The position numbers and the translations under genes are program-made. DNA of 64,000 bases from Squalus acanthias (taxonomy: Eukaryota): the NCBI GenBank assembly GCA_030390025.1, contig CM059425.1, positions 164,860,001-164,924,000 on the forward strand, in the 5' to 3' direction. Every line of letters begins with the position of its first letter. Within the stretch, counting starts at the first letter, position 1. This document shows positions 38,650 to 51,620 of the stretch, one piece after another. Below the pieces are notes generated by a model. It was not told where the DNA came from. It did not search any database and saw nothing but the letters and a program-made list of their open reading frames with translations.

Positions 38650-38831
38650 GGGAGTGAATTTCTGCAGGGGAGAGAGGGGGCAGTTCTCCCACTTGTCCAT
38701 CTTAACTTCAGCAGAAGAGCCACGGAAATGCCAGAAAAACAGCGTAACTGGTGTTTTTTCTGGGGTTTCCTCAGCTTGTCTGTCAAAGTTACATTGGATG
38801 AGCAAGAGAATCCCTGCAGAAATTCATCTCT
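38650..38831. mobile_element. Small palindromic MITE
   Basis: Arms tgaatttctgcaggg / ccctgcagaaattca; cat on both flanks. Confidence 0.7.
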
Positions 38832-40079
38832 CATCTCTTCAGGTGGGTCTCGGATTCACCATAGGCAGCAAGACTGCTTCATTTATCATATTCCCACCAA
38901 CACTGGGCTGCCATTGGCACTGCAGTGCATTAAACGAGGCATCAATTGTAGTATTTGTTCACATATATCAAAATGCCCCCGATCATGAATCACAGCCTTG
39001 AAAAAAAAGAAAAAATGAGTTATTGTAAAAGTTGCAGTGAGCTCGTATTTCTGCTGCTACGTTTGATACCCTCAAACTATAATCTGTTTAAAGTTAATGT
39101 GCCTTTAAGAGTACTGGCAGAAACATTATCCCAGAGATTACTCTTGAATGGAAATCCACCTAAATTATCAATGCAAACTCCAGCTTCACATCTGAGTTAT
39201 AATATTTCATTTCATTTATCAAAGGTAATACTCAAAACAAAGCTACTGAGTGCTCATAAAACATGGATTAAGCTGGTCTAGCTTTAAGATTGTTTTTCAC
39301 AGCCAGCCATTCAACATTTAGGTAATTATGAGTGAGAAATCCAGAGTATTTAGGAGAATTGCCATACCAGTCTTTATTTTGGCTAAGACAAAACTGAATA
39401 CTGAAGCAGACAATGGGGGCAGGGGAGAAGGGATTAAATCCTGCCTAGAGTTCACTATTACTGTTAACAGTATGGGCATGTGCAATTATGAGCACTTTTA
39501 CAAGAATCCTTTCAAAATTTTTCAGGCAGCTCCAGCTCCTGAAAAGAGTCAGAACTGGAAATTTCAATTCCATAGCTACGATCTTGGTTAAGATGATGCA
39601 AGTTCACACAACAGCAAATGCAATATGTACTGCAGCACAAATATTTCAATAGTTTTCCCCATCAGTCAATGATTGATACAGCTGCTTTGGAAAACATGGT
39701 TAACTTGTTAAAATTGCTGCCTGTAAAATTGGTGAATTGGTGACTTCATAGTAAGAGTGTTGATGCTCACATGAGAAGTCGTGACCTAGAATGATGAACT
39801 TATATCCACAAACCAATCTGTTTATTGTGCTGTGTGTTGAGTCTCACCATCTGCTTCAAACGAAGGTTAGATTTTGCTCTGTTTCACCTCTGAGCTGCTG
39901 TAAATACTATTCCACAATGGTAGGATATATCATTTACATTGCAAAATAGTAATCAGTTTAACAATAGCTTTAAGTTTTCATAATTCTTTACATTTCTCCT
40001 TCAATTTTCTCCCCTCTTCACCCAAGGACAATTATCTATTAAAAATCTTCCATATTTCTGTCACTCTTTTGTGTTATGA

Positions 40080-40645
40080 TTAAACTTATAAATTCAGACC
40101 TCATCTGCAGTACTGCATTTAATTTTGAGCACTGACCCTCAGAAAAGGTATATTGGCCTTGGAGGCTATACACAGTAGATTCACCAAAATTACAGCAGGG
40201 CTTAAAAGGTTAAATTATGATGACAAGTTGCATAAACTTGGCTTGTATTCCCTTGAGTTTAGATGGTTGAGGGGTGATCTAATCAAGGTATTTAAAATGA
40301 TAAAGGGATTTGATGGGGTAGATACAAAGAAACTATTTCCTCTGGTGGGGCAATTCCAGAACAAAAGGGCATAATCTTAAAATTAGAGCTAGGCCATTTA
40401 CTAGTGAAATCAGGAAGCAATTTTTCACACAAAGGGTAATGGAAATCTGGAATTCTCTACTCCAAAAGGCTGTGGATGTTGGGTCAATTGACATTTTCCA
40501 GTCTGAGATTGACATTATTATTAGGTAAGGGTATCAAGGGATATGGAGCAAAAGCGGGTAAATATATTTGCGGTACAGATCAGCCACGAACTAATAAAAT
40601 GATGGAACATGCTTGAGCAGATGAATGGCCTACTTCTGTTCCTAT
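40080..40645 (+). mobile_element. CR1 LINE 3' fragment (old)
   Basis: LGLYSLEFRWLRGDLI motif and CR1 3' hairpin. Confidence 0.85.
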
Positions 40646-41444
40646 AGGGTAGATTTTAACCCCCTAGACCGGCGGAAATGAGCATGGCAGGCGGGCGCCT
40701 AATTTACATGATACAGTGGCGGCCCAATGATGGTCATCGACGCTACAACGGCATTTTAATTTCTGGATTTTAGAGGCCCACACAGGGCCAACTCTGACAG
40801 CAGAACTATGGTGGGAATAGGCCATGGTATGTATGAAAAAATCTCTGGACTACTTGTGAGCTAGGAGGAGCAGGAGTGCTCCCCTGGGCCTCACAAAGAG
40901 TTTTTGGGCCTCCCCAACCCTGGTCTTGCCTCTCCCTCCCAGCACTGGCATCGGCTTCCAAAGTTCCGGCCCGGTGCTAACTTTATGCTGGTTACCATTC
41001 TCTTAGGTCCCCGGCTTTCTCGGGCTCCCGACACGATTTATATTCCTAGCCATTGGCCCTGATGTCACTTCCGCTGGTTTCAGGCGGGAGACTGTCCTGG
41101 ACTTTTTAAATGAGCGTAAATGGCCCAGGCATCACGCTGAACTCCGCAAGGGAGTTTCCAGATCTCGAACCAGATCTCCAACTACAAGGCCCGTAGTCTC
41201 CCTCCACACAACTGTGAAAGCCTCATTCATGGATATTACCAGAAACAACAACACACTCCACCTCTCTACCTCTTCTTCCTTTAAGATGCTCCTTAAAACC
41301 TACTTCTTTGGACAGGTTTTTGGTCACCTGGCCTAATATTTCCTTACAAAAGAAAAATACTGCAGATGCTGGAAATCTGAAATAAAAACAGAAAATGCTG
41401 GAAATACTCAGCAGGTCAGGCAGCATCTGTGGAGAGAGAAACAG

Positions 41445-41481
41445 AGTTAACGTTTCAGGTCAATGACCTTTTGTCAGCACT
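41445..41481 (-). ncRNA. Minimal hammerhead motif, core mutated (CTGACAA)
   Basis: Reverse strand agtg-CTGACAA-a-aggtca/t/tgacct-GAAA-cgtt-aact. Confidence 0.55.
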
Positions 41482-42638
41482 GGAAAAAGTTAGAGGTGTA
41501 ACAGATTTTAAGCAAGTGCAGGGGCAGGGAAAGGGGGGAGGGGAGGAAAGAACAAAAGGGAAGGTCTGTAATAGGGTGGAAGGCAGGAGAGATTAAATGA
41601 CAAAAGGGATGATGGTGCAAGGCAAAAGGGAGTGGTAATGGGACAAGTAAAGAAAAAAAAGATGATTCTAGAAGAGGTGTAAATGGGAATGGCAGAATCA
41701 TCAACAGTTGCCATGTGAAAAAATAAGGGCAGAGGTTATGGGCTGAAATTGTTGAACTCTATGTTGAGTCCAGAAGGCTGAAAAGTGCCTAATCGAAAGA
41801 TGAGGTGCTGTTCCTTGAGCTTACATTGAGGTTCGTTGGAACAGTGTAAGAGGCCGAGGATGGAGAGGTCAGAGTGGGAGTGGAGCTGACAATTAAAGTG
41901 ACAGGCAACCGGAAGCTCGGGGTCAAGCTTGCGGACTGAACAGAGGTGTTCTGCAAAGCGATCACCCAATCTGCGTTTGGTCTCCCCAATGTAGAGGAGA
42001 CCACATCGTGAGCACCGAATACAGTATACTAAATTGCAAGAAGTACAAGTAAATCGCTGTTTCACCTGGAACCCTTGTATGGAAGGTGGCATCGTCAGAG
42101 CAGATGCGACAGAGACGGAGAAACTGGGAGAATGGAGTAGAGTCCTTACAGGAAGCGGGGTAGGAAGAGGTGTAGTCCAGCTAGCTGTGGGAGTCAGTGG
42201 GAGTCAGTGGGCTTATAGTGGATGTTTGCCGATAGCCGATCCCCAGAAATGGAGACAGAGAAGTTGAGGAAGGGAAGGGAAGAGTCAAAGATGTACCATG
42301 TGAAGGTGAGGGAAGGGTGGAAATTGGAAACAAAGCTCAATGTAAGCTCGAGGAACAGCACCTCATCTTTCGATTAGGCATTTTACAGCCTTCTGGACTC
42401 AACATCAAATACAACAATTTCAGACCATAACCTCTGCCCCTATTTTTTCACATGGCAGCTGTTGATGATTCTGCCATTCCCATTTACACCTCTTCTAAAC
42501 TCATCTTTTGTTTCTTTACTTGACCCATTACCATCTCCTTTTGCTTTGCACCATCATCCCTTTTGTCTTTTAATCTCTCCTGCCTTCCATCCTATCATAG
42601 ACCTTCCCTTAAGATCTGATATATCTCTAACTTTTTCC

Positions 42639-42675
42639 AGTTCTGACGAAAGGTCATCGACCTGAAATGTTAACT
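42639..42675 (+). ncRNA. Minimal type I hammerhead ribozyme motif
   Basis: agtt-CTGACGA-a-aggtc/atc/gacct-GAAA-tgtt-aact: perfect 4-bp helix I and 5-bp helix II. Confidence 0.72.
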
Positions 42676-43324
42676 CTGTTTCTCTCTCCACAGATGCTGC
42701 CTGGCCTGCTGAGTATTTCCAGCATTTTCTGTTTTTATTTCTAATATCTCCTTATGTGGCTTGGTGTCAGATTTTGTTTGATAATCGCTCCTATGAAGTG
42801 CCTTGGGCATTTTACCATGCTAAAGGCATTATATAAATGCAAGTTGTTGTTGTTGAAATTGGATTAAAGTTCCTTAAGCACACTTAAGAACTTAACATTG
42901 TCTTGTGTCAAGTTGGGGTTCGTGGTCTGATTGCGGTGGGGGGAGGGGTACGGCAGGGAGCAGATTTCTCAAAAGGGTTTTGTGGCTCAGCTGTATCTAG
43001 TTTAAATATTCAGGATTCCTCAGATCACTGCTGGGGAAACCCTTTTTTACACTTCTGGGGCGTGAAAGGAATGAATTCTTCTTATCAAATTGCTACTTCC
43101 TCCTCTAGTCTCTTACTGTTCTCGTCCACCTGTCCTTGGTATCCACGCCTTTGCCCTCAGTTGCTACTGTTGATCTATCTCAGAGAAAACTGCTAATGTT
43201 ACTCTTTTATCAATAACACCTTGCACACCGCTCCCACTATTCCCAACCCTAAGACCTCCCTCCCAGTCCTCTCACATCCAGTAATCTCCCTCTCCAATAC
43301 TCCCCAAATCTGTCAAAGATCTGA

Positions 43325-43486
43325 CAATGTTCCCTTCAAGCTGTGTGGCCGCATGGCCATGCAGCGCTCTGGAGGATCCACGCAGCCGGCTCACCAGCTT
43401 TTAAATTGAAAGCGCGGAATTTTGAATGGGCCGCACAGCCAGTTAAAGGGGCCGCGCGGCCCAAAAAAGAATTAGAGTGAACATTG
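43325..43486. mobile_element. hAT-like MITE
   Basis: TIR caatgttccct / agtgaacattg; flanks atctga / atcaga. Confidence 0.6.
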
Positions 43487-43599
43487 ATCAGAGGTACTGA
43501 CATACACACCCCCAGTCCATCCTTCCACCATGGTCACAACCAGCACCCCTCTCCCAGTGCTCCTACAGATTGGGATCCTTCTCCCACTCCTCCCGCATC

Positions 43600-44130
43600 C
43601 CAGGAAGTTAATAGAATGCTGGGATGTTCATCTAACACAGTAAGGTATATGTCTACAGAGTTCATGCTAAGAATTTACAATTCTCTGGCTTTCTGGTAAC
43701 CATGCTAAATAAACAAAGACATACAGGCATTGCACAGGGTACAGAGAAGAGTAAGAAGAATGATCACTGGTGTAAAGAGAATGGGCTTTGAGGAAAGATT
43801 AAAGAAACTTGAGCTGTCAAATCTACAAAGGAAGCAGTTAGGGGGTGGCTCACTGAGGTATTTAAACATTAAATGGCATAGATAAAATAAACCCAGTACC
43901 TTACTTCAAAGTAAACCAAGAAAGTGGGACCAAAGGACGTAAATTTAAATTAGTGAAAAGTTAATTTAAAACAGCTATTAAGAAGAACTTCAACACTCAA
44001 AGAGTGATAAATGTTTGGAATAATTTGCCAACAGAGCAGTACAGGCAAGAGCATTGGAGTTCTTCAAAACACTGAGTCGGAATTGTTAGGAAGGAAGAGC
44101 TTCATTGGACTGACGGCATTTTCTCCTTTA
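43600..44130 (+). mobile_element. Very old CR1 3' fragment
   Basis: Degenerate ORF2 C-terminal sequence (rvqrr..rmi.g, eerlkkl, frtqrvinvwn-like); boundaries approximate. Confidence 0.6.
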
Positions 44131-47087
44131 ACTTGAATACAATAGGACTAGCTATAATACCATTACTGATCATATAAGTAATAAAACTGGAACCTAGCAA
44201 GAATTTTGATATACTGTATTAGGATATTGCTCACACAAATAGAATAGTAAGACTGATGCATGTGCATTTTAACATAAAGAAAGTAAATTCTGCAACTCCA
44301 GCCAGCTGTTTGGTTTTCTGGGCTCCTGCTGCTCCAGATCATCTCTGAGGCAGCTCTGAATTCACAACCTTCTTGGTTTCCAATGGGTCTGCGGGGCGCT
44401 CCTTATCAGCAGCACCCCAGAGCTGCCGAGCAGGGAGGAGACCCAACTCGAAGGTCTCCAAGCAGCTCTGTAAATGATGTTTCTAAAAGAGCTTCAAACT
44501 ACATTTTTGTAAGTATAGTGGATTTCTCAGTAAAATAGGGGAATATGTTCTACAGCTCTTTTAAGTTCTAAAATGTATTTTATGCAAATTAATAAATTAC
44601 ACATCTGGATTACTGCCAATACTAATTATATCACAACATGTACCAAATATTCAAGGGACTTATTTATCTTTATGCATTCCATGTAATATAAGGTCACTTC
44701 TGTTGTAAGCAAGTTTGATTCTAAACTTTGCACAACTATTCACATGCAATGTTAGCCGACTTTGGATCTATATCAAGCCCCAAGTAATACTGAATGTATG
44801 GCAGAGATACACCCGCAGTTTCGCTCTCCTGTTGGTAAATCACTCTGTTTATAATGGTGATGGTGATTGACTGGGGAGTTGTGTAATAAAAAGGTTCACC
44901 AACAGGAAGAAGAAATATGGCTCCCACCAGCATTACTATATGCTGCTGCCTGCTGATGGTAACTTACTTTTGGTGGTGATGGTAATAAGGATTAATCAGA
45001 ATTTAAACTGGAGACCTAAAAGACTTTGGTTCATAATAAGAGACATTTGATTTCGGAAATCTATATATGGCCAATAGTGCAGGAGCTTTGCTGTGCGTAA
45101 GGGAAGAAGTTAAAGTGAAGTAGGTCATGGGTTGGAATAAAGTTTGTGGGCAATAGCCCAGACAGAGGAGGCTCTGTCGGATGTGGGTATTGTATAGTTT
45201 TGAATTTTAAAAAATGACCAATCCAGATTATCACAGCAAAGACCATCTGGAAAACTTTGGCTATGAAATAAAATGAATTATTGTGGCTATAGAAGATAAT
45301 CTATGACAGTGTGCATTGTATGAATATTCTTTTCAGTTGTAAACTGAAGAAATAATTCAACCGGTATAGTGATGAGTGAGTTATAAGCTGTATGAAGAAA
45401 GGAACATTTGTACAACATGGAATACAATAGATCCTATTTACAACTCTATGGAGCAGGGCTCTATATATGGGAATTCCTGTAATCTGTAGGAAAATAAATA
45501 CAGCTGTGGTCCACTGGGATACAAGAGAGGTGACAGGTGAGTCCTCATATCCCAGTAACAGTAAATTTACAGTCTGTACTGGAGGCCCAGTGTCTCCTGC
45601 ATTGGGAGCACGATTGATAAGCTGGAACAGCTTGTGTGACACTAAACAGGTAGAATATTCAAATGCTTATAGGAGTACTTACATCCTTGCTAAAGACATA
45701 ACCCAGCATCAAATTTGAAATTTTCAATACACGCATCCTATTACACAAGTGGCATTTGTGCATTAAATGGCATATGTCAAGTGTAACCAGGTATAACTAC
45801 TAGTTAGCAAAAAATAAATCACAATTTCACTGCTTCCACACTGCCCTTACTGTGTTTTCATTTATGTGAATATAAACAAGTAAGAATTCCAGCACGGGTG
45901 AGAATATATATTATGGGCCCAAAATTTCTGAGTTGGGGGGGATGGAAATTGACCATTACATCTGCGTGGCCACTGGATTATGCCGGAGGACCTAGATCTG
46001 CTCCATTTGCATTCTGTCACTTCAGGTGGCAGAGGGGGAACGCAGCAATTTCGGGCCATGTATATGCAAAAGAAAAGCACCCAGGAGTGCTATTCATTGT
46101 TATATTCATTTTTTCATAATATTTACAATTTCTTCCATTTCTTAGTTTCTTTGTGCTATGCATCATTCCTGTTAAGCTGCTGCAAGTCCTCGAACAACAC
46201 TCTGTAACTGTCGCTAAAGAGTGAGTGATAGAACCCTCCACTGAATTCCCCTCTCTGATATGAACCGCTTCACATTCACTCAGCACTTCCACTGACAGCC
46301 CAACCGAGTTTGCGAACTTGAGATGTGGGGAATCACGAGTATGAACAGATGTACTAACACTTCATGATAGCTGCAGGGAAAGAAACTGTGTTACATCAGA
46401 AGATGCTCTCCACAGATTATTCAGTTACTCTACTTGTAGAGCAGAGGCACACATCTCATGGAATTCCCAAAAACTGCAGGGAAATTGGCTCATAATCAGA
46501 TATGGGTGGGAAAATAAGAATATCTGGCAATCTATGTGACAGGACAAAGCTAATTCTGTGTGTTGAACCAGTCCATTAACAGACTGCAGGGTGTGTCCTT
46601 GCAAAGGTAAAACAAAAAGCAGTTTGGGCTTTCTGCTTTAAATCACACTTTCACCTCATGTCACGTTATCATTCCACACAGACAGCCTCAATAAAGAGCG
46701 TCATCGTGTTTCAGCTTTATCTTGACAAAGGAACATTTATTAGACCGAGAGGATTTTGTTTTGCAGAATATAAATACGTACAGAAAGAGAACCAAACAGA
46801 TCTCCCTATCGTCTCGACCCTGATGAATGGAAAAAAAAACAAATGCATTTCTTCAGCACCTTCTGACAAATGCCTTGTAATAATTATAAATTGAATTTAA
46901 TAGTTTGTCAGTATCAGCCATCATATCAAATGTCAAAGATGTTAATAACCAACACTCATTACCGATTTGATGAGCTGAATGGCCTGTGGCTGTAACATTC
47001 CACAGATGAATCCAGCCAGCACTTTGGAGATGAGCAAAAATCCAAGGAGAGAGTCAGAGGAGTACTTGGAAAAAAGTACAATTGTTA

Positions 47088-47462
<375 letters not shown>

Positions 47463-47607
47463 TTAAAATGACTGCTGAATACAGGTGACAAAAATTTACA
47501 CTATATGGTCTGGTGCCAGTTTTAAACAAAGTGAGCCAATAATTCATGTACTGGTTCATCACAGAGTGCCGGGATAAAGGTTCATTCCTGTGATTCCTCC
47601 ACACAGT

Positions 47608-48100
47608 GAAGTAGAAATTGGTCGTGGCTCATTTTCAGGCACATAATCCTCTTCTCTCTTCTTAGGCAGTGGCACAATGGCACGCCGTCAGCGCACGCTG
47701 AACCAGAAGGCTCGAGGCTGGCCCAAATTCACCTTTTGACCTCAATTATATTATTTGGGCGAGTTGCCAGGCCAGTCACACCTGCACAGGCAACTCACCA
47801 GTTTTAAATAGATAAATTAGCTGCTCCCGGCTCTACAGCAACGCTTTTGAATTTTTTTTTAAATGACCTCCTGTTGGTGACCACTGCTTAGGCCACATCA
47901 GCCGTTGAAGAAACCTGGCTCACAATCCAATCCAATTTCTGCAAGCATGCCTAAAACAGGTGTTAGGTCTCTCATTCACATGTCGGGCCGAACGCCTTTC
48001 AGGCGTCCTTGAAGCGCAGAACATTGGTCCTTGAAATTGGCCTTTGTTGTGCCTGTTTTGCATCTGTAAATTAGATGCAATGAGGTCCAATTTCTATCCC
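47608..48100. mobile_element. Old Harbinger-type non-autonomous element
   Basis: TIR tagaaattgg / ccaatttcta; internal similarity to ~18866-19440. Confidence 0.6.
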
Positions 48101-49093
48101 ACTGAGTTACCAAACATAGTCATGTCAACAAAGGCTAGGATCTTCCATGTACAGAGTAAAAGTAAATTGGAGTCAGAGCCAATTCCATGCTGCTCTCGTG
48201 CATTCCCTATGGCCTATAAACAGTTCATGGGGTCACTGTCTCGGATATGGATAAAATGTGGTATGTGTTAAACAAAGAAGTCGTCGGGCAGAAAAATATC
48301 TCAAAATAAGAAAGACTTGCATTTATATCGCGCCTTTAACAACCTCAGCACAAAAAGATGATGGAGTTATACCCTCATAATAAAAAAAAATTGTTTAAAT
48401 ATGAAACCCTCCTTTCCACACCATTTCTTAAAACTACACATTGATGCCTCTAGTCTCTCTCTCTCCCTACATACTTTCCTTCAGATCTTGCAGCTTTTTT
48501 CTATGTTAAAGGCGCTATATAATTGCAAGTTGTTGATGGACAGTGGTGGTGTCTTACACTATGGACCTTAGCCCTGAACCTTGAGTTCTCAATAAAAAAA
48601 TAAATCCATCAAAGCATCCACTTATGAATACAAAATTTTGCTTAATAACAAATATTCCAATGGTTTTTAACAAGAAATTCAGAAACTGTATGCAAAATAG
48701 TTTACATCTAAATGGCCAGTAATACTTGAGCACAGAGCTTGGAGACAGAGCTGGGAGACTGTAAACAGAGTGAATCACAAGCAGAGTGGAGGAATTTGGT
48801 GAGCGCAGGAATTCGGTAGAGAGGAGGAAGGTGGTGGAGACGTCTGACTGAAAAGGAGGAATGGAGCCACAGAACCCAAGGTCTCTAAATTAATAGACAC
48901 GAGAGCAGACCTGTGGGACAGCGAGGGGAGTGGCCGCAGATAAAGGTAGGCCCAAGAGCCTGGAGTGAGCACGAGTGTCAGGGAGCGAGGTAAATTACGT
49001 CAGCACAAGGGAAGGAGCTGATTGGTGAGTAGTTGGTGATTGTTCTTTTTTTAAGCCTTAAGTTTATTTCTGTTGAGTTACTTAATAGTCTAT

Positions 49094-49130
49094 TCACCTG
49101 ATGAAGGAGCAGCGCTCCGAAAGCTTGTGA
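49094..49130 (+). ncRNA. Minimal type I hammerhead ribozyme motif in a ~75-bp Penelope-derived fragment
   Basis: tcac-CTGATGA-a-ggagc/agc/gctcc-GAAA-gctt-gtga: perfect helices I and II, palindromic AAGCTT. Confidence 0.78.
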
Positions 49131-49527
49131 TTTCAAATAAAGCTGTTGAACTATAACCTGGTATTAAGTAGAGGCATGGCAGGGCACCTCGGTCCCGTGG
49201 AATGCACTTCTGGTGGCATGTGGGAACTCCAGGATGCTTCCCATGTCCTCGACAACCACATGTGCAGGAAGTGTTGTCAGCTGGTTAGAGTTGAGAAACA
49301 ATAGAGATGCCATTACACTATTAGGTGTATTCTATAGGCCGCCAACTAGTGGGAAGGATATAGAGGAGCAAATTTGCAGGGAAATTACAGAGAGGTGCCA
49401 GAACTATAGAGTAGTGATAACGGGGGACTTCAACTATCCTAATAGAGACTGGGATAGTAATAGTGTAAAGGGCAGAGATGGGGAACAATTTCTGAAGTGT
49501 GTTCAGGAGAACTTTTTTGATCAGTAT

Positions 49528-50957
49528 GGGGGCGATTTTCTGACATCGGAGGAGGCAGGTTTGGAGGCGGGAAAGGCGAGAAAATCAGATTTAAAGAGGT
49601 CGGGTTCGGAACCTGCCTCCAACCCGCCTCCAACCCGCCTCCAACCCGCCTCCAACCCGCCTCCGCGGGATTTTACCGGTGCCGGTTTTGGAGGTCGGGA
49701 AATGCTCCCGCCTTCAGTTGGCCATTGCGCTATTAAAGATCCTTAAATGCTCGTTAAGGGCCTCTCTAAGCCTATTTTGAGAGGCCCTCGTGATTTTTCC
49801 AGCTTTTCGGCATGATCCACGCACTTCCTGAACCACGCCAGGTAAACCTGGCGGGTTGACTTGTGGGTGGCCTCCTCACTGCTGCAGGTCTAACAAGACA
49901 TCGTTTATTGCAGCAAGGATTACTTGCAGGTGCCAGACCTTGGCTTTAAAAGGTCTCTGAGCACTTTTAGAAGGTCTTCTGAAGTCAGAGGTGCTGCAGG
50001 CTGACTCCATCAACTGTGGGACCTCCTTGGAAGACCCTCTCCCCGCTTGCAATGAGCGCTTCCCCAAAGGTGGCATCTACAAGCAGCATGGGAACCTTTT
50101 GTTTTCTTTCTGCATGGACCTCAGATGAGGAGGAGGAGGATGAGGATCTGGAGGAGGAGGAGGAGGAGCAGGTCAGAGCGCCGGTGTATCGACCAGCGGC
50201 AGCACGCGATGCAAGGGATGAACTTATCATGGTCAGATTTGCATAGGTTGCCCAAGTTGGCACATGTCCTTTGCTCCATCCTAGGACATCATTGACAATG
50301 GACATGACTCTCTGGCCTCCTTTCACTCAGGCCACCAACCTGACAATGCAAGTGCGTAGGTGCCCGCAATGTGGAGCTGCCTAAGGCGAAAGAACAGATT
50401 GCATAACGCCAACACTTTGGCTTCAAATCATTTTAATGCTTTCCAACAGGGATGGCATTTCATCAATACACAGAAACATTCACCCAATCTGCACACAGAT
50501 CTGGAGGTTATATCCCTTGCCAGCTGTACCCACACAGCCTTGGTTTCTTTAGCAAGCCTCTTCCTCCGAGATGAGTGGAAGAGCACCTCCATGCTAGCTG
50601 TCAACCCCTCAAACAACATTTGCAGCGCCTCATCCGAGAGCCTCGGGTAGGCCCTTGCCTTGGAATTGGACATAGTGGTTTCTCAAAAGATGTTGGAGGT
50701 GGTGCAGGAGACGCAGAAATGCTGTGGAATGAGCCAAGGGAGCAAGAAGCCATAAAATCCGACTGGAAAAGTGCTGTCAACAGAGGCGAGTTTCAGTCCC
50801 AAAACACTAATTGAGCAAGGGCATCTCACACCTCTGAAATCAAGTGGCCAATCATGGGAAAATCGCAAATTTTTGAAACCTATCAGTGGAGGCGGGTTTC
50901 AAACCCACCCAAACTGAAACCCGCCTCCATCTCACCTCCAGTGGGAAAATCGCCCCC
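49528..50957 (+). mobile_element. Internally deleted Harbinger transposon, 1430 bp
   Basis: Perfect TIR gggggcgattttc / gaaaatcgccccc, TSD tat; keeps the transposase C-terminus (poly-E, AARDARDELI..RF) on + and the Myb N-terminus (RAYPRLSDEALQML...AVWVQLA) on -. Confidence 0.93.
49613..49664 (+). repeat. 11-bp tandem repeat (CCTCCAACCCG)x4
   Basis: Directly visible in the subterminal region of the deleted Harbinger. Confidence 0.9.
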
Positions 50958-51620
50958 TATGTTTCCGGCACAACGAGGAAGGAAGCATTGCTGGATCTGG
51001 TTCTGGGGAATGAAGTGGGTCAAGTAGAGTAAGTGTCAATAGGAGAACATTTAGGGAACAGTAATCACAGTTTCATAAGGTTTAGACTAGCTATGGAAAA
51101 GGACAGGGAGCAATCTAGAGTAAAAATACTTAATTGGAGGAAGGCCAATTTCAATGGGTTGAGAACGGATCTGGCCCGGGTAAATTGGAATCAAAGATTA
51201 GCAGGCAAAACTGTAATCGAACAATGGGCTGCCTTTAAAGAGGAGGTGGTTCGGGTACAGTCGAGGTACATTCCCACGAGGGGGAAAGGTAGGGCAACCA
51301 AAGCCAGAGCTCCCTGGATGATGAAAGAGATAGAGAGTAAGATGAAGCAGAAAAAGGGGGCGTATGACAGATGTCAGGTTGAGAATACAAGTGAGAACCA
51401 GGCTGAATATAGAAGTTCAGAGGGGAAGTGAAAATGGAAATAAAAGGGGCAAAGAGAGAGTAGGAGAATAGATTGGCAGCTAACATAAAAGGGAATCCAA
51501 AAGTCTTCTATAGGCATATAAATAGTAAACGGGTAGTAAGAGGATGGGTGGGGCCGATTAGGGACCAAAATGGAGACGCATGCAGGCAGAGGACATGGCT
51601 GAGGTACTAAATGAGTACAC

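Larger units (their letters stand above)
41348..42740 (-). mobile_element. Penelope-like element 3' portion (GIY-YIG endonuclease) with an inverted terminal copy
   Basis: ORF 41736-42092 FTCTSCNLVYCIRCSRCGLLYIGETKRRLGDRFAEH; 42335-42740 is an inverted copy of ~41380-41830; 14-bp TSD ctaatat(t/c)tcctta at 41333-41346 and 42741-42754; inserted in an L2 3' end. Confidence 0.9.

Noticed and set aside
38365..39001. 207-aa and 143-aa ORFs as host genes
   Set aside because: They span MITE ends and unique intron, with no domain similarity or splice support.
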